Shown: positions 18,509 to 26,090 of the stretch, one piece after another
How positions within the stretch are numbered: the first letter of the stretch is position 1
Layout: each line of letters opens with the position of its first letter
From: a virus
Lineage: Duplodnaviria; Caudoviricetes
Virus record (IMG/VR): IMGVR_UViG_3300038393_000800
Location: 1 to 48,668 of that record
Strand: one strand, 5' to 3'
DNA length: 48,668 nt
Notes under the pieces: model-generated
Database searches by the model: none
What the model was told of the DNA's origin: nothing
What the model saw: the letters and a program-made list of their open reading frames with translations, nothing else
Translations under genes and position numbers: made by a program

Positions 18509-19528
18509 CTACATCCTTGCGTTTAATTTTAAACCGAAGGGAGTGATACCTCCCAATCCCGTACCATCTACTTTTATATATCCTGAACTAGCAGACGATA
18601 TACCAAAAGTAAAAGAAGACGGCGTAGTAACTCCACCGGAAGTGTTCCACGCAACGTTAGTGGAACTGGGAAGCGTAGCGGTCGGGACAACTCGCTTTTG
18701 TAAGAAGTAACAAGGTGCGTAGATGTTAGAGAATGAACCGCCTCCAAGCCACATACCTGAAAACCATGGATTTTCCCAGTACCTCTGACACGTTCTCAAT
18801 TCAGATGCGTAGTCCGGAACGACGAAGTCCGGCGCTGTGTTGCCTTCATATAGTCCGACATCGAACAGCTCGAAGACGTTTCCTACAGTTCCCATGAAGT
18901 TTAACTGGTTGGACGTAGCGTGATAGTTCACACCGTTCCATACGTTCGGCGACGCCGTCTGATAATTTGACCCAACGGCTAAGCCCCATATCACCGCGAT
19001 ACCTATGCTTGTGTTCGTAAGCCACGTGCCCGACTGATCTCCCGATAACGTAATGGTCTTCACTACGTCCGTGTTGGCTTCACCAGCTGATATAGTATAC
19101 TCGGCAACGTATGACCTGCTGTTGCTCGCGTTCCTAAACGATACGCAATACGTACCAGCCGGAGCTCGAACACCGAAGCGGAGTGTGAACGTCTTAGCCG
19201 ATGAAGTCCCCAGAAGAAGATCAGCCGCACGGTATCCCTCGATGTTCTGCATGATCAGCGCGTACTCACCGGACGCGATCGAGGTATCAGCGGATGCGAC
19301 CGTGGCTCGAATCCTGTTCGGTGATCCAGCTGGTGTCGGGCTCGCTACCTGCGCTACGGATAGCGAGCCCGTAGTCGAGATCGGCATGAAGAACTGATCT
19401 ACGGGATAGTATCCGCTGGTAGTTCCAGCGGTCGTCCCATTCTCCTGTGAGATCATCATCGCCGGGTTCACGATGTAGTTCTTCTTGTCGATCACGAGAG
19501 CCAGTGCTCTGTCAAGTGCTTTAGTCAT
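18509..19528 (-). CDS. Tail fibre / receptor-binding protein
   Basis: KNYIVNPAMMISQENG...QNIEG...VGLYEG..A..F...DYASELRTCQRYW carbohydrate-binding-like fibre domain; paralog of the C-terminal third of 19532..22564. Confidence 0.8.
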   Translation of the reverse strand: MTKALDRALALVIDKKNYIVNPAMMISQENGTTAGTTSGYYPVDQFFMPISTTGSLSVAQVASPTPAGSPNRIRATVASADTSIASGEYALIMQNIEGYRAADLLLGTSSAKTFTLRFGVRAPAGTYCVSFRNASNSRSYVAEYTISAGEANTDVVKTITLSGDQSGTWLTNTSIGIAVIWGLAVGSNYQTASPNVWNGVNYHATSNQLNFMGTVGNVFELFDVGLYEGNTAPDFVVPDYASELRTCQRYWENPWFSGMWLGGGSFSNIYAPCYFLQKRVVPTATLPSSTNVAWNTSGGVTTPSSFTFGISSASSGYIKVDGTGLGGITPFGLKLNARM

Positions 19529-19531
19529 ATG

Positions 19532-22500
19532 CTACATCCTTGCGTTGAGTGCGTTTTTACCAGTTTGCTGATAGAATACGAAACCGTAGCCCAGCCCACC
19601 TCCTGAAGTCGACATGCTCGGACTTGCGAGATACCCTGAGCCCGTGTAGCTACTTATAGCTATAGAAGACACTGCGACTATCGTATCTCCCCCAATCGTA
19701 GACAATCCCGATGTAGATATCGTAGGCGTTACTCTCATGGGTGTAGACGGTATAAATCCATAACCGGCTGTTCCTCCGGTTCGCAGCGTTCCCCCACCGA
19801 AGAAAGTGGATGGCGCGATCGGAATAAAGTAGCGTCGGCACAGAGCCAGCTCCGATGCGAAATCAGGTACGTGGAAGTCCGGCGCGATTGAGCCCTCGTA
19901 TAGACCCACGTCGAACAGCTCGAACACGTTACCAACAGTAGCCATAAAGTTCACCTGATTCGGTGAAGATATGTAATTTCCCGAAACCCAACTTCCAGCG
20001 GTCGTCTGATATGTAGTGCCGCCCATGATACACCAGGCTGTCTGCATTCCTATTCCGTTGTTCGACAACCACGTTCCTGCCAAATCACCGGGAACAACGA
20101 CTGATTTAACCACGTCGGTGTTGGCTTCACCGGCTGAGATTGTGTACTCAGCTACGTAGGAACGGGTATTGCCGTTGTTCCTGAAAGCCACACAATAAGT
20201 ACCAGCAGGCGCCTTGACGCCGAAACGGAGGACGACTGTCTGGGCAGAAGCTGTTCCAAACAGCAGATCAGCTAGTCTATATCCCTCTATCGACTGAATA
20301 ATGCCCCCATTGTCTGAAGCGGCTACGGAGGTATCCGCAGTTCCTACAGTTAAGCGAATCCTGTTCGGAGAACCGCTAGGTGTGGTAGAAGTAACTTGGG
20401 CCGCATTTAGAACTCCGGAAAATGAGTTAAACGCGAAGAATTGATCCACCGGATAATAACCGCTAGTGGAGCTAGACGCCGTCCCATTTTCCTGCGAGAC
20501 CATCATAGCACCGTTCAGGATGTAGTTCTTCTCCGCGACACCGATGTTCTTGCGGAACGCATCCGGATCGATGATGTCCGCACCGTTCTGGCTCTTGTCG
20601 TAGGTGTTCACGGCTGCGAACGGGCTGATGGCGTACACGTAGACTTCGTCTCCCGCGTTCAGTGACCTGTCGATCGTGATCGAGCTGCCCGATGTCGCGG
20701 TGTAGTCCGACGGTGCTAGCCAGATGCCGTTCACGACTACCTCTACGTATCCCGGTGTGTAGTTCAGCACCAGCCCGTATGTGTCTGTGCCCGTGATCGT
20801 CGTCTGCCCGGCGGAGGCTGTGTACAAGTACCTCTGCTGGAATCCGGCCGATGATCCTCCAGCAGCTGCGATCGCCTGTGCTGTGGACCACGGCGTCATC
20901 AGGGCGTTGTTTCCAGTGCCGCTCGTTGCCTGTGAACTCGTGGCGGGAGGCAGTATGTAGTCGCCGATCGTAGCGGTCGTCACGTAGTCGTATGTGATGG
21001 GTTCGGTGTTCCCGCCTCCTCCGCCCGATGATCCGCTTCCCGATCCAGAACTGCCCGCGCTCATGATCTGCTGCTGAAGTGCACCGCTCACCTGCCCGAA
21101 CATCTCGGTGAACTTCTTCTGCGGATCGTTCTCGCGCTTCTTAGCGTACTTCAGCGGGATCTTCAGCAGGCTCTGCGGGTTGATGCTTCCCGATATCTCG
21201 CTCTGCGCTATCGGATTCGATGCGAAGGCGTTCATGATCATGCTCAGTGCCTGCCCAGCGGGCCCGTGCGATGAAGATGCCGATGCCGCGCCCTGAACAC
21301 CGCCGGCGAGCGCGGTGCCGACAGCGGATCTGCCGATGGACGCTAGTTCCGACTGAGAGGTTCCGATCGAGTTCCCGATGTTGGCCAGGATCGACGACAA
21401 GTCGCAGAACGCCTGCGGATCCCTGAACATCGCTATGAGTCCGCCCGCGCCCCCTGCCTGATCAGCCGTTCGATTCAGGTACGATGTGATTCCCGCCCAT
21501 GCCTGATTCAAACCAGTCAGGTACTCAGTCCTGATCCTATCTAGATAAGCTGAGTTGTCGGGTAGGTTCGAGACGCTGAGGTCGTTCGACCAGTTTTCTA
21601 TCGAGGCTGGGACGGAGCTCGATACTTGGAGAACGTCGGGAGTCAGAGAGTCCGCTAGTCTCGTGATGGATCCATCTAGAGCCAGGCTCTTGATGCTCTG
21701 GGAAGTCGCTCCGGATATGATCTTCCAGCAAGCGAGTAGTTCCCTGACGATCTCAGTTAAGTTCAAGAGGGGAGGCGCTGAGAAGTCAGAGGCCGCCTGG
21801 GACGCGGCCTGCTGCATTAGTCCCGAACCGATCATCTCCTGAGACGTTCCGTACGAGGACTGACGGAGCTTCTGGATCAGGTCGACACCGGCCTTAATGG
21901 CACCGGATGCGTTTCCATCCATTCCCTTGATCATCTGGAGGATGTCCGCGCCCTGTGTGTTCTTGATGTTGCCTATCGACTTATCATCGGGCTTCTTAGC
22001 CTTCTCGCCTTTCTTGAACGGTGCTCGGTCTCTGGAGTCCTTGTATGCGTCCTGCTCATCGGGTTCCTGATAGGGCTTATCGGTCTTGGGATCACGTGAG
22101 GTGGGTGTGGTGGTGTCCTTTCCCTCTCCGTCGCGGGCACCCGACTGCTCCTTCCCCTTTCCCTGAACCTGGCGGGGCGTGTCGGGCTGCTCGCTCGATC
22201 CAGAAGATGATCCGCTCCTTCTCTTGTCGGAGTCGAATCCGGCGGTCGTTCCCATCACGATCATCTCAGTCCCAGCCATCGTCAGCAGGACCTTAGCGCC
22301 CGGATAGTAGGAGTGTGTCGAAGATGAGCCCGCGAGCTGAGAAGAGGACGTCGAGAGGACTGAGTACCAGCTCAGCTTATCGTCCGGAATCAGTCCCTTG
22401 TCGTTCTCATAGCCGTGGATTCGAACCTGAACGCGGTTGCGTCTCAGGGGGTCATTTATATTGACGATCTCGCCGATGAATGTGCCGGATGTACCGTAGG

Positions 22501-22564
22501 AGCCCGATGCCCATGGACCCGTTACTTGATTAGTCGTCAATGATGGGATTCCTCGTCGCGCCAC
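19532..22564 (-). CDS. Fusion protein: gp5 N-terminal OB-fold + helical region + Gly/Ser linker + tail-fibre module
   Basis: FIGEIVNINDPLRRNRVQVRIHGY...LSWYSVL (gp5 OB fold); GSSGSGSGSSGGGGG linker; YTASAGQTT...VVVNGI.L...DYTA..G (fibre shoulder); KNYILNGAMMVSQENG...ELALCRRYF. Confidence 0.8.
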   Translation of the reverse strand: MARRGIPSLTTNQVTGPWASGSYGTSGTFIGEIVNINDPLRRNRVQVRIHGYENDKGLIPDDKLSWYSVLSTSSSQLAGSSSTHSYYPGAKVLLTMAGTEMIVMGTTAGFDSDKRRSGSSSGSSEQPDTPRQVQGKGKEQSGARDGEGKDTTTPTSRDPKTDKPYQEPDEQDAYKDSRDRAPFKKGEKAKKPDDKSIGNIKNTQGADILQMIKGMDGNASGAIKAGVDLIQKLRQSSYGTSQEMIGSGLMQQAASQAASDFSAPPLLNLTEIVRELLACWKIISGATSQSIKSLALDGSITRLADSLTPDVLQVSSSVPASIENWSNDLSVSNLPDNSAYLDRIRTEYLTGLNQAWAGITSYLNRTADQAGGAGGLIAMFRDPQAFCDLSSILANIGNSIGTSQSELASIGRSAVGTALAGGVQGAASASSSHGPAGQALSMIMNAFASNPIAQSEISGSINPQSLLKIPLKYAKKRENDPQKKFTEMFGQVSGALQQQIMSAGSSGSGSGSSGGGGGNTEPITYDYVTTATIGDYILPPATSSQATSGTGNNALMTPWSTAQAIAAAGGSSAGFQQRYLYTASAGQTTITGTDTYGLVLNYTPGYVEVVVNGIWLAPSDYTATSGSSITIDRSLNAGDEVYVYAISPFAAVNTYDKSQNGADIIDPDAFRKNIGVAEKNYILNGAMMVSQENGTASSSTSGYYPVDQFFAFNSFSGVLNAAQVTSTTPSGSPNRIRLTVGTADTSVAASDNGGIIQSIEGYRLADLLFGTASAQTVVLRFGVKAPAGTYCVAFRNNGNTRSYVAEYTISAGEANTDVVKSVVVPGDLAGTWLSNNGIGMQTAWCIMGGTTYQTTAGSWVSGNYISSPNQVNFMATVGNVFELFDVGLYEGSIAPDFHVPDFASELALCRRYFIPIAPSTFFGGGTLRTGGTAGYGFIPSTPMRVTPTISTSGLSTIGGDTIVAVSSIAISSYTGSGYLASPSMSTSGGGLGYGFVFYQQTGKNALNARM

Positions 22565-22773
22565 TTACCTTGAAGCTGCCTGGCTCTCCATAGAAGATCG
22601 AGCTTCTCAGCTTTCTCGATGAACGCGTCGTAGTCCATCGACTTCTGTCCGTTTGACTTCAAGGAGCGGTCGACGTACTCATAGAGCTCACTTCTATCTT
22701 CCCATGCGGACAAGGGCAGCGAGAACGAAGCTGACCCGAACCCAACGACTACTCGATCATTCTCCAAGTGCAT
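22537..22773 (-). CDS. Hypothetical protein
   Basis: Co-directional ORF overlapping its neighbours. Confidence 0.5.
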   Translation of the reverse strand: MHLENDRVVVGFGSASFSLPLSAWEDRSELYEYVDRSLKSNGQKSMDYDAFIEKAEKLDLLWRARQLQGKWRDEESHH

Positions 22774-22970
22774 CAGCAGACTCTTACAGCTTCAATGAAC
22801 TCGCCCAGGTTCTTCACTTGAACGTAGGCTCTCCACGACTCCTCTTCGCCGCCTCTCTTGGAGACTGTCTGGAACTCCTTCTCGATCAGAGCACCCTCTT
22901 TATCCCGATACGTGACGAGCCACGCTTCGGGAACGGCCTTCTCTCGAATGGGCTCAAATGTGATCTTCAC
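22773..22970 (-). CDS. Hypothetical protein
   Basis: GAGGAG RBS; TGATG coupling with the next gene. Confidence 0.5.
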   Translation of the reverse strand: MKITFEPIREKAVPEAWLVTYRDKEGALIEKEFQTVSKRGGEEESWRAYVQVKNLGEFIEAVRVC

Positions 22971-23021
22971 TTTTTATTTCTCCTCTTTGCAGCGACTTTC
23001 TGAAAGCGCTTCCATAGATCC

Positions 23022-23192
23022 TTAGGCATCTGACTTTTTCTTGATTAGGATCTGCCTAGGCTCATACGGTGCGGGTCTAAGAACGGGACGAACGATAGAC
23101 TTCGTCTCCTGAATAAGTTCATCTGCTCGAGCAGCGATCTTAGCGCGGCGCTTCTCGGGAAGTTTGTTGATGACGTTGTTTATATTCTTCAT
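23022..23192 (-). CDS. 56-aa protein resembling the N-terminus of HigA/XRE-type antitoxins (no HTH)
   Basis: GAGGAG RBS; MKNINNVINKLPEKRRAKIAARADELIQETKSIVRPVLRPAPYEPRQILIKKKSDA. Confidence 0.6.
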   Translation of the reverse strand: MKNINNVINKLPEKRRAKIAARADELIQETKSIVRPVLRPAPYEPRQILIKKKSDA

Positions 23193-23206
23193 AGTATTTA
23201 CTCCTC

Positions 23207-24448
23207 TTAACCAAACCCACCTCGGGCTACCCTGAACGTCGACGTACCCGACATCTGAGTATCGTCGGTGTGCGCTTCGTGCATAGCATCGACGACGAGC
23301 ATCAATCCTCCCACCTGAGATTCTCCAGTGAACGGTGATGTCTGATCACCGATGGGAGGAAGGAGCCTAGCGTCTAGCCCCTTTCCCACCACGAGTCTGA
23401 GACCAGACTGAATGGGAACTTGAATTGTATACTGTGGACCACCCGACACTTGTGCACCGTACGCTTTCTCAGCGTCTGTCTGACGAACGCTGGCGTTCGG
23501 TATCCTAGACGAGTCGTTGATGTAGTAGTTGTGTTCGCCTCCGTGACCGCCAGTTACAGACCCAACGATCGATCCCAGGAAGTTACCAATGCCCATTCCT
23601 ACACCGGCACCCGACATCATTCCCGAAGCCATCGTATCGAAGACGGACTTATTGGTGAGGAAGTCGATGACTTTTCTCTCAGCCATCTGAGTAGACGATA
23701 CGCCTTTTAATCCAGCTCGTCCAGATTCAGGATTGACGAGCGCCGAAGCCGCTATGATAGCGTTCTCCACGCGCCATAAGTCCTCGACTGAAGCTCCCCA
23801 CGTTCCCCTCTCATAAAACGTATCCTGAGCTGAGAGTGTTTGAAAGAGGTACTCAAGGGGTGCCAGGTGTGATCCATCGCGATCGCGCCAGTTTAACACA
23901 TTTCCAGTCTTATAGGAACCAAAAGTCATGATCTTCTTTAAATCTGAGACTGCCTTGAAGGGTTTAGCTCCCTTGACGATGTATGAATTGTCTTTACCGA
24001 TGAGACCCGATGACGGCACCATGACGTCGAGACCGCTACCTAGGTACGACGAATAGATAGACGAGCACGCATCGGTGGCCGTAGTACCTGAGAACGCTTG
24101 CTGAACGATGTTCGCTCGATCACCGAAGTACTCTGAGCCTATGAGTTCAAAGGTGTAGTGCATCGCACGCTTGTTGTGAGTCGATGTCTGACCCTGAAAT
24201 GAGAGAATCTGAAGCTCAACGTCCCTGCGAGATCTCGTAGTGTTGATGGCGAACGACACAGTCTCGCCGCCTACCAGACCCATGTTCTCGATGACGTTGT
24301 TGGTGTCGATGAGCTCGATCTGACCTGTCAAGTAGGGTTTACAGAGAGTCTCAAAGACGCGTGCTACCTTAACGTGCTTGACGATGTCAACGCCGTTGAT
24401 GTACGCGTACTCAATATAACATTTTGATGGTTGAACAAATCCAGACAC
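23207..24448 (-). CDS. gp27: Baseplate hub protein, gp27-like
   Basis: VFETLCKPYLTGQIELIDTNNVIE..GLVGGETV at the N-terminus, and GGLMLV...HE at the C-terminus; upstream of the gp5 N-terminal gene. Confidence 0.7.
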   Translation of the reverse strand: MSGFVQPSKCYIEYAYINGVDIVKHVKVARVFETLCKPYLTGQIELIDTNNVIENMGLVGGETVSFAINTTRSRRDVELQILSFQGQTSTHNKRAMHYTFELIGSEYFGDRANIVQQAFSGTTATDACSSIYSSYLGSGLDVMVPSSGLIGKDNSYIVKGAKPFKAVSDLKKIMTFGSYKTGNVLNWRDRDGSHLAPLEYLFQTLSAQDTFYERGTWGASVEDLWRVENAIIAASALVNPESGRAGLKGVSSTQMAERKVIDFLTNKSVFDTMASGMMSGAGVGMGIGNFLGSIVGSVTGGHGGEHNYYINDSSRIPNASVRQTDAEKAYGAQVSGGPQYTIQVPIQSGLRLVVGKGLDARLLPPIGDQTSPFTGESQVGGLMLVVDAMHEAHTDDTQMSGTSTFRVARGGFG

Positions 24449-24450
24449 AG

Positions 24451-24490
24451 CGACTCCTCTGAGCTATTTAGTCTGAGCTCAGAGGAGTCG
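24451..24490 (-). promoter_or_regulatory. 15-bp inverted repeat sequestering the gp27 RBS, with late promoter CTAAATA in the loop
   Basis: CGACTCCTCTGAGCT-N10-AGCTCAGAGGAGTCG; GTG start 2 nt after the stem. Confidence 0.8.
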
Positions 24491-24512
24491 TGTTTGAAAA
24501 GTGTTGGAAGAC

Positions 24513-24707
24513 TCAGTGCGGCAGCAGTGACTTCGCTTGCATTGGAGTGAATCTGTAGAAGGTTCCCCAGCGAACCAGGAAGTCCTTCGCTTCTAGCTCA
24601 GTCTCGAAGACGCAGGGAGATCCATATATGTCCATGACTAGATCCTTAGTCGATATATCGACAAGCACCCAGTGTTCACTGTCTATGATAAATTCTTCTT
24701 CTTCCAT
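24513..24707 (-). CDS. Hypothetical protein
   Basis: AAGGA RBS. Confidence 0.55.
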   Translation of the reverse strand: MEEEEFIIDSEHWVLVDISTKDLVMDIYGSPCVFETELEAKDFLVRWGTFYRFTPMQAKSLLPH

Positions 24708-24727
24708 GTTACCATTCCTTGAAGATT

Positions 24728-25135
24728 TTACGCCGGCTTCTTAAGCGTAGCCGTCATGAGCTTCATCTTGACGTCTCCTTCCGGGCACATATAGCGCTTG
24801 CCGGTGCTCTTCTCAATCATCGAGATGAAGTTCTTAGGCTTACCCATATTAAACCCCTCTAAGATGAAGAGACGCCCGTTATGGATGAACTCAACTCCAA
24901 GCCACTCCGGCTTATATCCATACGAGGAAGCATATCGCTTATAAGCTTCTCTCTGAGGAGACGTCTTTTCTCCATCGCCGTCCGTGGCTTTGGTGTCCTG
25001 ACACTTCATTGAGATGGAGAACTCTCCACCGATTCCAATCGAGACACGATATGAACGAAGGGAGATGCTGTGCTTCTTAAGCACTGCAGTGATTTCGTCA
25101 GCGATCTGAGCGTTCTTTCCAGTAAGCTTAGCCAT
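24728..25135 (-). CDS. Conserved phage hypothetical protein
   Basis: AAGGAG RBS before MAKLTGK; YG.KPEWLG.EF...G.LF.L.G......KN pattern. Confidence 0.7.
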   Translation of the reverse strand: MAKLTGKNAQIADEITAVLKKHSISLRSYRVSIGIGGEFSISMKCQDTKATDGDGEKTSPQREAYKRYASSYGYKPEWLGVEFIHNGRLFILEGFNMGKPKNFISMIEKSTGKRYMCPEGDVKMKLMTATLKKPA

Positions 25136-25250
25136 TGTCTTTCTCCTTTGCAATGCGCTTCTTGTTTGGGATGATCCGCGGACGGTACTTAGGAGTCCGC
25201 AGATCGCGAGCTATCGATGACCGCTTCTTGATCTTCTTCTTTTTGGCCAT
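25128..25250 (-). CDS. 40-aa basic peptide, ArfA-like
   Basis: AAGGA RBS; MAKKKKIKKRSSIARDLRTPKYRPRIIPNKKRIAKEKDNG. Confidence 0.6.
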   Translation of the reverse strand: MAKKKKIKKRSSIARDLRTPKYRPRIIPNKKRIAKEKDNG

Positions 25251-25261
25251 CGTCGTGTTCC

Positions 25262-25531
25262 TTAATCGTTGAAGACTTTGAGGGAGATGCATCCCAAAGC
25301 TTGGCGATATAAAACCCAGAGAAGATCACCGTCTCTACCTATCTCCGAGACTCGAACAAAAGCTTGTCCATTACCCATGTCGGTGAGGATCTTCTCAGGG
25401 AATTGACCGACCGGGAAACCAAGCTCAGAAGCTTCGGCAGTGAACTCATGAACTTTACTCTCGATAACACCGAGAAGCTCGCGATCTTTATTGAGGATGG
25501 TATACTCGATCATGTAAGTCTCCCATGTCAA
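25262..25531 (-). CDS. Hypothetical protein, paralog family A (start may be ATG at 25513)
   Basis: EFTAEASELGFPVGQFP...TDMGNGQ...LYRQALG...KVFND. Confidence 0.75.
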   Translation of the reverse strand: MTWETYMIEYTILNKDRELLGVIESKVHEFTAEASELGFPVGQFPEKILTDMGNGQAFVRVSEIGRDGDLLWVLYRQALGCISLKVFND

Positions 25532-25887
25532 ACACTGACTACATTTATATCACGATCACGGTGCTTGGGAATAGGAAAATGATGGTTATAGCCACTTTTT
25601 TCACTTCGTTCAGGAAGGCGCAGGATGATTTAAATTTTGAACGTAGGGATCAATACCACTAGCGCGTATCGTTCACCAGCGGTCGAGAAATGATCGGGTA
25701 CGCCCATTGACACCTCCCGAATCAGGCTCGCAGTGTGCGTGGTAATTTTATTTCAAAAAAGCTGTCAAGGCTTATTTTCACTTATGTACAGAAAACTGCA
25801 GCACGCTGGAGAGGCGTAGGACGTCTTTTTGAAGAGGCGTATAGTGATATACCACCACTCTCTTCGGATCACCAGAGAGCTTCTAGC

Positions 25888-25919
25888 GGCTGTCCTATGT
25901 CCTAGGACATAGGACAGCC
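25888..25919. repeat. Perfect 32-bp palindrome without loop
   Basis: GGCTGTCCTATGTCCT|AGGACATAGGACAGCC. Confidence 0.95.
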
Positions 25920-25949
25920 TGACTTTACTCAATCAGGCACGCGACACGC

Positions 25950-25978
25950 GTGATATACCAGTTCACGATGAATGTCAA
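25950..25978 (-). promoter_or_regulatory. Early promoter directed toward the palindrome
   Basis: TTGACA-ttcatcgtgaactggta-TATCAC. Confidence 0.55.
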
Positions 25979-26090
25979 TAGATAAATTACCGCTTTTTCT
26001 TCATGAAGCAGGTGTACATTCTTGATGTGCGAGTTACTGTGGCATCATCGGAAACGGGGTGGAACCCTTTACTTCTTTGGAGATTTTAAG

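Noticed and set aside
8453-19531. Intron or mobile element splitting gp5
   Set aside because: Both gp5 parts have their own start and stop codons. No group I/II intron core, homing endonuclease, integrase, transposase or terminal repeats were recognised in the intervening DNA.
18509-20530. Diversity-generating retroelement acting on the fibre tips
   Set aside because: No reverse transcriptase in the window and no near-identical repeat pair differing only at adenines; the similarity is ordinary paralogy.
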